Below, piece by piece: positions 53,148 to 64,000 of a DNA stretch of 64,000 nt. Numbering within the stretch: position 1 is the first letter of the stretch; each line of letters starts with the position of its first letter. A model generated the notes under the pieces. The model had not been told where the DNA came from and ran no database searches. It saw only the letters and a list, made by a program, of their open reading frames with translations. The position numbers and the translations under genes were made by a program. The DNA comes from Nemertoderma westbladi (lineage: Eukaryota; Animalia; Xenacoelomorpha): contig JAUCBJ010005441.1 of NCBI GenBank assembly GCA_032718475.1, forward strand, positions 1-64,000, given 5' to 3'.

Positions 53148-54149
53148 TCTGTTTTTTTGTAATTTTTCATTCAAAAAATGGGGAAATATTATTAAATTAA
53201 GAAAATTGCTTGAAATTGAAGCTTATGAAATTACCTTTCATATAAAGCTAAAATTGCAAAAAACGGTTATGAAATGGCGGAGGAGTAATATTTTTCGTAC
53301 GAAAAGTATTATTCTGAGATAAGCGCCTTCGAATTTCAAACCTCCCCGCGCAAAACTACCTGTATGGGGTTTGGTTGGTTAATAATGTCTGGCAGGAAGG
53401 AAGCACACCACCAAGCTAAAATTTTATTAATGGGGGTTTTCGGGGTCGCTGATTTCATTTCCGATGTCAGTTTTAATATTTGGTGGAATATAGTCTGTCC
53501 GTCTGTCGGTTGTCTGTCTGTCGTTCTTACATTTTGACAGGCAGATTGGCAGACAGATTTTCCACGATAACTCGAGAACTAAAATAGATCTCTCTAAGTA
53601 GTTTTCAGATTTGAAATCTCCATTAAATTCTGCTCTATATGCAATAAAAACAAATCACTAACATTTTTAGCGAGGAGGAAGGGGGGGGGGGGGGGGGGGG
53701 GCTACCCCACCTTAAGTTGACTAACGATTGAACCAGAGTGGAGAAGTTATGCTAACGTGCCGTTGAACAAATTGAAGGAGCCGGCTGAGCTCGAGTGTCG
53801 TATTTTTTTTGGTTTGAACATTTAATATTAATTTATTACCAAGCCGGGGAAAAGAATCGGTTTACAAAAGTGGGCATTTAACCAATTGAATAAACGATAT
53901 CGTTATTCGACATACAGTATATGATGGGAAAGGAGTGTATGAATTAGCGAACGAAGCAGGTGTCAGCAGCTTCAGTAAGCTCTTTACTAGCATTGTCTGA
54001 TAGGGCAGAACGCGTCGGAGACCCAAACATGCACATACGAAATTATTACTAGTATATGTAATATTACGGCTGCATTGCAGCTGTACATTGAGATGCTGTT
54101 GGCTTAACAAAATATTTTATGCCACCACAATGCAATCCACAAACGACAT

Positions 54150-54435
54150 GCTGTAATGCAGCGTGCATTAAGAGGGCTACGTAGGCTTAACGAGAAAATT
54201 GCGCCGCCACAACTCCTTATCCCCCATGATTTGCGCGAGATTATCCGCATCTTCAAGGCCAGTATCCTTTAGGAGAAGTCTTAAGAGATTGCCATCCAGA
54301 GATTTGGTGTCCTCAGTTCGGGGGGATATATAGGAGTACTGGTTCTACTCTAAATAATCGATCCTTAATTTTCCGACGCATTTTATGTGAATTACAAATC
54401 CTGGACAACCTTTCCTTACTTTTTCGGAGGTCATC
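54150..54435 (-). mobile_element. Rearranged RTE fragments
   Basis: ccgcatcttcaaggcc and gccatccagagatttggtgtcctcag match the RTE copies at 1-300 and 59660-60200. Confidence 0.6.
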
Positions 54436-55042
54436 AAAATAAGCATTACTTTAGATTGGAAACTGAAAACATATTTTACCAAAAGTATATGAAACGTGTC
54501 ATCAAATATATAGGAAGATCAGATATATTCAAGTATACATGATTGATCCAATAATTTATCAATATGTAATCATGATATATAATCAATGAACTAACAATTC
54601 ACCAAATTTAAATTTTGAGTGATTACAAGTAAAGTATGGTAGTAGTGAGTGGTACATCATTTAGGTAGAAAAACTCATTGTTTCCATGATGAGCTTCTAA
54701 ATCTGAAAACAGCTTCTCAATAGCTCTTTTATTATTCGAGCTAACAAATTTTCAATTTGTGAAACATATTGAAATTACTATTAATGCATATAACGACAAT
54801 TGAGATATCTTGAAATATTTATTTGTAAAATTGACTACTGTACAATCAAAATTATACCCAAAACCGACAACGTTTGAAAGGCTGTGAGTGCTAAATATAA
54901 GAGTTGTCCAAAAGTAGGCTTCAGAGATCAGAGATTACAAACTGATTTACTATAATTTATTTAAAACGTGATTATAGCCAAATACGTCATGTTCCTCAAA
55001 ATAATATTATTTATTTTATAAGTTTCTTGTGAAATTTGCAAA

Positions 55043-56065
55043 ATGAGTGAGGAACTCTCTGATAGTATTTGGGTGGAAGAAATTAATGAAAAAGTCAATC
55101 AGGATTTTACAGATAAACAGACCTGTTTTGTCGACGGATTTGTTAGATTTAAACCTAGTGGACAGATACTACCTAGAAGCATGATATCGCTTCAAAAGGG
55201 GTTGTTTGAGTGGCCTGTGAAAGAGGACGATATATTTGTATGTTCCTTTCCTAAATGTGGTTCAACTTGGAGTCAAGAAATGATTTGGAACGTTATGAAT
55301 GACGCTGACACAGATGCCGCTAAGCAGACGAATCTTCTAATTAGAGTACCGTACTTGGAGATGTCTGGAATACTTGGCGCATTCGGAGACTTCTCTGAGT
55401 ACTACAGATATCTCAAATGCGACGATGATGCCAGAATGTTCTCTTCATCACTGGATCAAGCTGCTTCACAACCATCTCCTCGGATCATAAAGACGCATCT
55501 TTCAGTCGATATGCTACCCTACCAATTCCACGAGAAGCATCCCAAAATGGTTTATGTTGCTCGAAACCCCCGAGATACATGCGTTTCTTTTTATCACCAC
55601 TGGAAAATCTACCACGGCTACACAGGTTCTTGGGACATATTCTTTGACGCTTTCGTGGGAGATGTTTGTGGATTACACACTCCTTTCTTTCAGCATGTCC
55701 TTGGATACTGGCGAATCCGAGACAGAAAAAATGTCTTGTTTATTACCTACGAAGACATGAAACAGGATCTAACCGGGATAATTAAAAAGACGGCAAACTT
55801 CTTAGGGAAACGATTGTCAGATGACCAAGTTAGGAAACTAGTTAGTCATCTCTCATTTGACAGCATGAAGGCCAATAAATCTGTGAATAATGAAGGCGAT
55901 ATTGCGGATGTGAAAAAGGCGCTTGGAACAGAAGCTACGGATTTCATTAGGAAAGGGAAAATTGGGGATTGGAAAAATTACATGAGCCAAAAACAAATCG
56001 AAAGAATGAGGGAATGGGAGGAGATGAATTTGAAAGACTCGGGCTTGGAGTTTGTTTATAAATAG
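55043..56065 (+). CDS. Cytosolic sulfotransferase (SULT1-like), intronless
   Basis: PAPS-binding motifs SFPKCGSTW, YVARNPRDTCVS and FIRKGKIGDWKN; catalytic IKTH. Confidence 0.93.
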   Translation: MSEELSDSIWVEEINEKVNQDFTDKQTCFVDGFVRFKPSGQILPRSMISLQKGLFEWPVKEDDIFVCSFPKCGSTWSQEMIWNVMNDADTDAAKQTNLLIRVPYLEMSGILGAFGDFSEYYRYLKCDDDARMFSSSLDQAASQPSPRIIKTHLSVDMLPYQFHEKHPKMVYVARNPRDTCVSFYHHWKIYHGYTGSWDIFFDAFVGDVCGLHTPFFQHVLGYWRIRDRKNVLFITYEDMKQDLTGIIKKTANFLGKRLSDDQVRKLVSHLSFDSMKANKSVNNEGDIADVKKALGTEATDFIRKGKIGDWKNYMSQKQIERMREWEEMNLKDSGLEFVYK

Positions 56066-56379
56066 TTCTACTGTAGATTGAAACAATTGTATTTATAACT
56101 AGTTCTAGACTCATATAAATTTTATTTTATATTCTATTGTGGATTCTAATCTATTAACTTTAAATGAATTTTTCTTATCTCTAGAATTGTAAACCCTTTA
56201 AGCATTAGAATTAAAACCAACGTATCTTAAAACCAAAATTGAAATATTTTTAATATTTTATAATAATTTTTAATTCTAACCATAGCAACAGAGCTTACCG
56301 GTTCGCCTTCCACTCCGACTCCACTCACACCTACCACTACCAGCACACTAAAGCACCTCTAAAAACTAACCAGCTAACC

Positions 56380-59300
56380 ATGGCGTTTACCGGCACCCTA
56401 AAGCCCCCTAAACTCGTACCTCTCGACCAGAGCGAGTCCATCAACTCCTGCGAGGTGAGGCGCTACTCCCTTGCCTAACTTGAGCTAATCCCTTGCGCTC
56501 CAGCCACACTTTTACACCCTCACCACCCCTGGCGCTACGTGGTTGTGTCACTCTCGCGCTATCCCCCTCCGCGTTTCACTGATGACCCAGATGCTGTTGT
56601 TGCTGCTTCTCGCCACACCACCATACAAAAGATTGCCATCCTTGAGTTGATGCTCGGCCAGGTGGCGAACTACGCCCCATAATCGCCAGGAATTCTATAA
56701 TAAGTGACTCCTCTTCCCTCCTGTCCGTATAGAAGGCAATCCGCCTCCATTATGGCTCCCAGGCCACCGGTGGACACTTCCTCTCATTCAGCGAGATAGC
56801 CCTCCAGCACGAGGAACGTCCAGAGGACTTATTCCAACGCCTCTCCGCCTTCATTGACAATAACCTTCTGCGTCAGGATGGAGGCATTTCCCACCACGGC
56901 CTTACTTCCTGACGAGGACGAGAAACTCTCCCCATCCCTCGAAAACTTCGTCGTCCTAATCTGGCTACGATTGATTGACGGCTGATTGCGGTGCCGAATC
57001 CCACTTAAGCTCTCATGAATCCACCATGCGGCTTGGCGTACCGATAACCCAAGGATCACTTCAGGTTCCCACCACCTCTGATAGCTCATCTATGGGCAAA
57101 GTTGTTGGTGACACGTACTTTGACCTTTCGTACGACGGCCTTAAACTCTCGTTCTGCAGTTTCGTTGTTGACAGCCTCAGAGTTTCCCTACTCTCCTGCA
57201 TGCTGTTCCTCACAACGAATGATGTCACCATCTGCCCCATGCAATCTATGGTTTCTTTCTACGATAGCCGATCCATCCGGTGTCCATCTGTAAGTCCTAC
57301 CCAACCTGCAGTCCACTCAATTCAAGTTCTCCGTGCCCCAACACAGTCTTCCATCGTGTTACCAGGTGATTATCTCACATTAACCATTCCCTCCCACCTG
57401 TCAGATGCTCAGCTCAAGCCCTCCTAATCTCACCCCACACACCCCGCGCCCAGTTTTGTGACCACACCTCCCATCCGTGTTTTGCCCCCTTGGAGCTCCA
57501 ATCCAGTAACTGCTTAATCTCCATCCCTAATTCTTCCCACAATTCTGTCTTTATCCAGTGCAACTCCCACGTGGGCAGTGCACTCTCTACTGCAGTCGCT
57601 CCCACTGCTTTACCCTCCCAGTACCTTCCATGCCCTGAAATCCGTTCCGTTACCCTGATTACCCTGGCTACAATGGTTCTGCTGGACCATTCCAAGCCGT
57701 TGTTGATGTTTCCCCGATATTGCCCCCTCAATACATATTCCCCAGTACGCTTGTGATTGTCTTGTAGAACTTCAGGATAGGTTCGACTCTCTCGAGCATC
57801 TCAGTGTATTTATCCGACCCAAACTTGCTGGCAGCAGCGTCGAATACCTGAATCCCAGTTTCCTTGTGGCTAAACCCAATGGCAGCACCCGATTGGTTAC
57901 TGCATTCACCGAGATCACCAAGTATTGCAAGCCTAACCTGCCCTTCTACCCGATGTAGAGTCTACCATCCAGTCCCTCAGTCAGTTTCAGTTCCTCATCA
58001 AAGCCGATCTCTCCAGTGCCTTCTATCAGATCACTCTCCAACGTGAGTCCATGTGTTTCTGTGGCATATCCACCCCATTCCGTGGCATTCGCATTTACTG
58101 CTGCTGTGCCATGGGTATGCCCAGAAGCGAAACCACATTAGAAGGACTGGTGTCCCGCGTTCTCGGCGACCTGCTCGTCCAGGGTACAGTAGTAAAACTT
58201 GCTGATGATATCTACTGTGGTGGTGATACCTTTGCCAAGCTCCACGAAAACTTTACACTCCTCCTGCAAGCACACCATGGCGCCGACCTCCGCCTATCAG
58301 CAAAGAAAACGGTTATCTGTCCTCAGTCGACCACCATTCTCGGTTGGACGACGCTCTTTCTTACTTAGTTGCTAAACAGTATGCCGAGGCATACCGGAAG
58401 TTAGCCCACAGCGCATAATCTTCGAGTCCCCATCTATCTACTTTCCTCTCCAGTGCCAGCCAAGCCCGGGTTACTGTGTTCCACATTAAGTGGGCCATGG
58501 ACCTTCTTGCCGACTTCCAGAGCCGCAACGTTGCCCCTTCCCCCCTGCACTCCTGCCAAGTATGTTCGTTTGTCTCCTCCACCACTGACGAACCTGTAGT
58601 ACTTCATTCTGAATGCTCCGCACCCATCGCCGAAATGCCAACAACCTCGCCTCAGTGCCTTGCAACTTCCAACCTCCCTGACCCTCGACTCCTGAATGCT
58701 TCTCGTCCCTCCTGCCTCGCCACCCAACGTGAGTGTCCAGACCTATGTCGCGTTGCTGAACACCTTGCGTCAGGTAGACATTCTCCTGCTATTTCCACGC
58801 TCTCAATCTCGATTGTTCTCTCGAAGAGATTTCCACCCAATGCCATCAGTGCATGGCCCTTTCCACTGCCCCTGGCTGTATCCTCCCTCAGTCTTCTCTC
58901 GACGTTCCACCCATCATTGGTCAATCCTTCACCACTGACGTGCTCCGGCGCCACTCCCAACGCATTCTCCTCCTCCGTGAAACTGACTCTTCATTCACTA
59001 ACACCACCATCATCCCTGAAGAACAATGTGACACCGTCCATGACTCCCTGATCATACTAGTCTCTGGGTTACGTCCCCTCAGTGGTCCTCCAGCCATTAT
59101 CCGTACCGATCCTGCACCAAGTTTCCAGGCCCTCGTTGGTAATCCTAAACTGAAAGCCCACCACACTCTTCTCAAAGCTGACTCATGGAAGAATCCAAAT
59201 AAAAACCCCATCGCTGACTCGCACCACTACTCGCTGAGCTACTCAAGCTCCACCCTACTGGAGGCCCCTTCTCGCTCACTATCCTCACTATTGCCATCAC

Positions 59301-59640
59301 CCACCTTAACGTGCGACTTCACGCTCCCAGCCTATCGGTGCATGAGATTCTCTTCCAGCGCGACCAGTTCACCAGGGACCAAATCCCTCTGGTCAACACG
59401 GAGCTCACATTACTGCCCAACATGAGCGATGTCTCACCAAACACACAACCAATGCTCAGTCCAAGGTACAATGTCCTACCATGTCCAATGTCCTGCCTGT
59501 GTTCACTTCACTCAATGTCGGCGACCTCGTATACTGATGTTCCGACTCTCCCCGGTTCAGCGTTAGACCCTATTATATCATCAGTACCCAGGTGTTCCAT
59601 CAGGAAATTCGTTGGCAACCAGCTCCGCTCTCTACTACTA
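56380..59640 (+). mobile_element. Heavily degenerate Gypsy-like LTR retrotransposon internal region (gag, RT, integrase)
   Basis: Gag-like start at ~56380; RT fragments SFLVAKPNGSTRLVTAF, AMGMP, LADDIYCGG; integrase IRTDPAPSFQAL..KNPNKNPIA; many stops and frameshifts; LTRs not identified. Confidence 0.8.
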
Positions 59641-59659
59641 GGATCGGCATGCTACATTG

Positions 59660-60693
59660 CAGCTGGATTCTTAAGAATTCTGTGCTGGCTTGTCGACAAA
59701 ATTGTGCCGCCACAACTCCCGATCACCCATGACATTTGCTATCTTCGATTCCGCATCTTCAAGGCCTTTAAGATGCGTCTCAAGAAAGTCATGGGCTGTC
59801 CACTATGCTTATGCACTCCATGAGGCTCACAAGATTATGCACTGACAGGTCCTCACGGCGAAAGCAATGTCCTGCCAAGCGGAGGCGACTTTGTTCTAGT
59901 GTCACTCTTGGGGGAACCAATAAGACACCTCCAATGTTATATAGTGTCTGGTTGGAGATGTGTGCATTGTACTTGACACAATGAACCCGGCGTAGCATTC
60001 TTGTGAATGTGCCATCCAGAGATTTGGTGTCCTCAGCAGTTAGAGCCCAGCATGGACACTCATAGAGGAGTACTGGAACTACTGCTGCTATAAATAATAG
60101 GACCTTAAGTTTCCAATGAATTCTATGTGACTTCCAAATCCTGGAAAGCCTATTCAAGGCTGCCCATTCCTTTCCCTTACGTATTCGAAGGTCCTCACCT
60201 GACTTCCGGATCCATGATCCCAGGTAACAGAAGTCGTCCACATGCTCAAGCATACCATCCTTTGAGCTTTTGCTCATCCGGTCAGAGACTTACTGAGGAC
60301 TTTCAAAGTTAACATTTCAAAGTCAAAATTGTGGTCTTTTTGGAGTTAATAAAAAGACCAACACAAAAAGCAGTATGTTCTAATGAGCTGAGGAACCGGT
60401 GATTCAGAGAGTATTCCTAAGTCATCAGCAAATTCTAGATCAGTTAGGTACCTGGCAGGATTACCTCGACTTCTGGATCCAGTAGATAGAGTTACCATCA
60501 CCCCATCATCATTATGATGATCTAAGGACATAGTACAACATATTCAACCACAGTTATGAACAATAATGGTGCAAGTGTGTCTCCCTGGAGGACGCCCCAT
60601 AACACTTCAAATGGTTCTGTGCCACCATCAACAGTAGACATAAATGTTGTCGAACCATCGTATTCTGATCTGATTGCTGCAATAATTTCATCC
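59660..60693 (-). mobile_element. Second degenerate RTE copy including the ORF C-terminus
   Basis: Strong similarity to 1-795; LEFADDL, VDDFCYLGS, LDGTFTRMLRR, RLRLAGHCFR. Confidence 0.9.
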
Positions 60694-61949
60694 TCTCACG
60701 TCTACCGCGTACTCACCAACCTATATCCCAGTCGACATCCCGCCATCTGTACCAACTGACCAGACACCCGAACCTGATGTTGTTGATTCCCTCAACAGGG
60801 TCTCGCATCGCCCACAACGGATCCGCAAACCACTGCAATATTATGGGTTCCCATAGCGACCTTCCTGCACGGCTCGCCCCAATTTGATCTGAGTTCGAGT
60901 CGTACCATACTGGTTGCGCTATACTGTGTTCGCCAATATTTATATACTCTCCGTGATCCACCCATCATATCTGCGTTGTAATGTGCTGATTATAAACACA
61001 TATTTTTATAGCCACATTTTATTTAGTTGCCAACCCGCTGTTTACTTGGTTTCTATTTAGTTCCATCTAGATTGTGTTTAATAGTTTAGTTTTATTTTTC
61101 ATAGGTTAGTTCGCTAACACGTACCGAAGGTCCCGTGTTCAGTCCTCACTTATGACCGTCACTTTTTGCATGGCCCATACTGTAGGTAGGGTGTTTATTG
61201 CTCTCTCTCTACCTCTCGCATCGTGTAGTTAGAGTTAGGGGTATCCCAGTACTAACCTTGGTATAATGCATACTTTTGTTTGTTTATATTAGGAACAAGG
61301 AGGGACAACAAGGTAAAACAAGTTGCGCCAGGCAGTTAGGCCGCACTGTGGATTAGGAACCATACAGTAGAGTACTAGGCCTCCGGACCTAGAACTGTAG
61401 TAGTTAGGCGGATACCTGTCTGACAGTACTGATAATGTGCGATCTGTTGCTGTTACCTATATTATTGGTCTATATTATATTATAATGTATATGTATCGCA
61501 ATGTACTCACGGTATCGTACCTTTCCCATCGTTACTGATGCGAAGAGACAGTAACAATACCTGCAATATCTTACTGTAAAGTTTGTGAATCAAATCATAA
61601 ATCCGACCTTCTCACCAAAACAGTAAACTCCAAGTAAGCGTGTTCGCGGTATTTCAACTTTCCATAACGCGTGTTGAATATTTTTGTATTTATTTAAAAT
61701 TGATTATTCCGATATTACTACTGGGTGCGGGACCATGGGTTTTGGGCACATTCAAGAAACTGGGGGCGATTTATGGGCGAACTTTGGGGCAACTTACAGG
61801 GTACGGGAATAATTTCATAGTTATAAGGGCCAGGGGGGGATGGAAAATGCAAGCAGTATTCAGGTTAGCCTGAGTACTATTAGGCCCTGGCCAACTTCCT
61901 GCTGCCTGTAGGGGTGGATTTGGTAATGCGCCAGGCCTAAAGGACAAGG

Positions 61950-62860
61950 ACTGCCCTTAGCGGTCCCTGGCCAACAGCAGCCATTACGAGACTGAAAAGA
62001 ACTCGGACTGCTGACTGCTTGTGTCAGGGATTTGCGACGGGCACCGACGGCCCCTTAGTAGCCAAGCCGTTCTGGTTCTCGATGATCGTTCCCTTCGGGG
62101 TTCGTGAGGGGTGAAGCGGACACGCGAACGGGTGGCCAACTAACGACTGCCCCCTGACCTAAGCCGTACTGGTTCTCGATGACCGATCCCTTCGGGGTTC
62201 GTGAGGGGTGGGACGGACATGCGAAAGGGCTGGCCACAGGACGGGTTTGACGAGAACTGCCCTTAGCGGTCTCTGGTCAACGGCAGCTACTACGAGACTG
62301 AAAAGAACTCGGAACGCTGACTGCTTGTACTGGGATTTGCGACGGGAACCGACGACAGACCCCTTAGCCAAGCCGTACTGGTTCTCGATGATCGTTCCCT
62401 TCGGGGTTCGTGAGGGGTGGAACGGACACGCGATGGGGTCGAAAGACAAAGGACTAGACTCGACTAGACTCTACTGGCCTACCGACTGTTCGGAGCAGTT
62501 TCTCGGCTGCCGAAGCGACTACGAGCCTGAAACGGACTCGGAAAGCCTAGGTGGTTGGGTTTCTGTGATGAACCGACGGACCCCTAGCCAAGCCGTTCTG
62601 GTTCTCGATGATCGAACCCTTCGGGGTTCGTGAGGGGTGGAACGGACACGCGAACGGGTCCACCGACACGACAGACTCCTAGCCAAGCCGTACTGGTTCT
62701 CGATGACCGAACCCTTCGGGGTTCGAGAGGGGTGGTACGGATACGCGACAGAGTCTACCGACTGGACCGACCCTTAGCCAAGCCGTGCTGGTTCTCGATG
62801 ATCGTTCCCTTCGGGGTTCGTGAGGGGTGGAACGGACACGCGACAGGGTCGACCGACACC
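61950..62860 (+). ncRNA. Array of structured RNA motifs: six type-A units and two to three type-B units with variable linkers
   Basis: Repeated gccaagccgtNctggttctcgatgaYcgWWcccttcggggttcgWgaggggtg..cggacacgcga, with nested stems, compensatory changes and a C(UUCG)G loop. Confidence 0.6.
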
Positions 62861-63503
62861 GACACTACGGCACTAAGACTGGGACCGAGGGAAAATCTGG
62901 GGAACATTAGGTAGGCTAAAATTCTGAGCAAACAGTGGGTTATTAAATAATATACTGTAGGGATTTATATTATCGTGTATAATTATTGTGAATATTTGGT
63001 GTATATTGATTTGGGGAAGCCCAAAATTATTCTTAATCAAGTTTCAATGATGTTGAACGGGTTTCAACTATAGGAAGTTACATTAAAGAGTATATCCAAC
63101 TAATGCAGCTTTTTATCAACCGCAAACTTGCATCTCAGAAAATATTCCCTCCCCACAATCAATATCCGGTGACTGGCCGGGGCTCGGTGGTCTGTTAAGT
63201 CACGTCTCCAGCATCGGCGTTTTTCCCCCCTGGTGTAGGGATAACGGCAACAAAATTAAGAATAATTCACGTGGTTAATTTTGACAGGGTGTCAAAATTA
63301 AGAATAATTACGGTCAACTTCAACTGGTGGAAGTTGAGAATCCTTCAATACTCTTCAAAAACTCTCTACGTGCTTGCCAGCACCCACTACGAGGAAACTC
63401 TGGTATTTGAGTTGAGACAAAGTCGTGGTTTAATTAATCAGCAAACTCGATCTAACCAACTCGTAGTCGGCAGATCACATATTTGGAGAGTTGTTAACAG
63501 GGA

Positions 63504-63695
63504 ATGGAAGTATCGATCACACCCATTGATATAATTCAAGTTGAGCCAGGAATCTGGCACGTCGAAGTTGAGGTACAAGGAACGAACGTTGGACGATTCA
63601 GGATTACTGTTCGGGTGGTCCAAGCTGAGTACAATACCTACGAGGAACTGTTTTACGACATCGCGTATCTAGCCATCGACGAGGCGTTACAATGA
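63504..63695 (+). CDS. Small hypothetical protein (63 aa); its stop overlaps the next ATG (ATGA)
   Basis: ATG-initiated, with a protein-like beta-strand then helix pattern; overlap ttacaATGAca. Confidence 0.4.
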   Translation: MEVSITPIDIIQVEPGIWHVEVEVQGTNVGRFRITVRVVQAEYNTYEELFYDIAYLAIDEALQ

Positions 63696-64000
63696 CAACA
63701 AATAACGTATCCGATACCGACGAGATGGATCACCACACAGACTCGGAAGCCGACGAGGTACCAAACGTCAAGAACATGACCCGTCGGTTAGGGGCTCTTA
63801 AAGGCGGAGTAACCCGAGCGTATCAACGGATGGAGAAACAACTCAAAGGAGTCAAAACCCCCCTCAATGAGGTACAAACTCAGCTTCAAAGTATCCGAAA
63901 TATCCTACAGCGGTACGAAAGAATGATACAGGTGTACCAAGAGCTCGTTCCCCCCACCGATCAGGAAAACTACCCCAAGTTGGAAGAACACGTTGTACAT
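63692..64000 (+). CDS. Gag-like protein N-terminus (BEL/Pao- or Gypsy-type LTR element), truncated by the window end
   Basis: Open for 103 codons to the edge: MTTNNVSD...MTRRLGALKGGVTRAYQRMEKQL..., resembling the R..LKG.(I/V)TR helical start of LTR-element Gag proteins. Confidence 0.5.
   Translation, partial: MTTNNVSDTDEMDHHTDSEADEVPNVKNMTRRLGALKGGVTRAYQRMEKQLKGVKTPLNEVQTQLQSIRNILQRYERMIQVYQELVPPTDQENYPKLEEHVVH

Noticed and set aside
61100-61160. tRNA gene
   Set aside because: Only a degenerate B-box-like stretch with no cloverleaf; at most a SINE remnant.
60695-61725. 5' LTR and primer-binding site of the terminal retroelement
   Set aside because: No second LTR in the window, no clear TG..CA boundaries, and tgggtgcgggacc (~61722) does not match a tRNA 3' end I can identify.
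62050-62860. CRISPR array (repeats with variable spacers)
   Set aside because: Repeats are ~70-85 nt, linkers are very uneven and partly homologous to each other, there are no cas genes, and the context is eukaryotic.

Overview
Repeat-rich animal (invertebrate) genomic DNA, not prokaryotic. Host genes: intronless USP30 (+), intronless FEN1 (+), an intronless cytosolic sulfotransferase (+), and an 8-exon NCOA6 orthologue (-, 27354 to 5939) that the ORF track misses. FEN1 lies antisense inside an NCOA6 intron, between two minisatellites. Mobile DNA includes: an apparently complete 5.96-kb IS3EU/GingerRoot-like DDE transposon (TAT..ATA ends, 6-bp TSD, ~0.6-kb repetitive TIRs, spliced transposase gene, convergent HECT-like gene); a Foldback/MULE-like element with a 9-bp TSD carrying a retroelement fragment; RTE, CR1/L2, Penelope (with hammerhead motifs) and Gypsy-like relics; a tRNA-derived SINE; and many MITEs. 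Most unusual are (i) an array of covarying structured-RNA units with a kink-turn-like motif and a C(UUCG)G loop upstream of a Gag-like ORF that overlaps a small ORF by ATGA, (ii) the HECT-carrying transposon, and (iii) three minisatellites of 22, 36 and 45 bp that share one core motif. All family assignments come from recognising motifs by eye; no database search was run.
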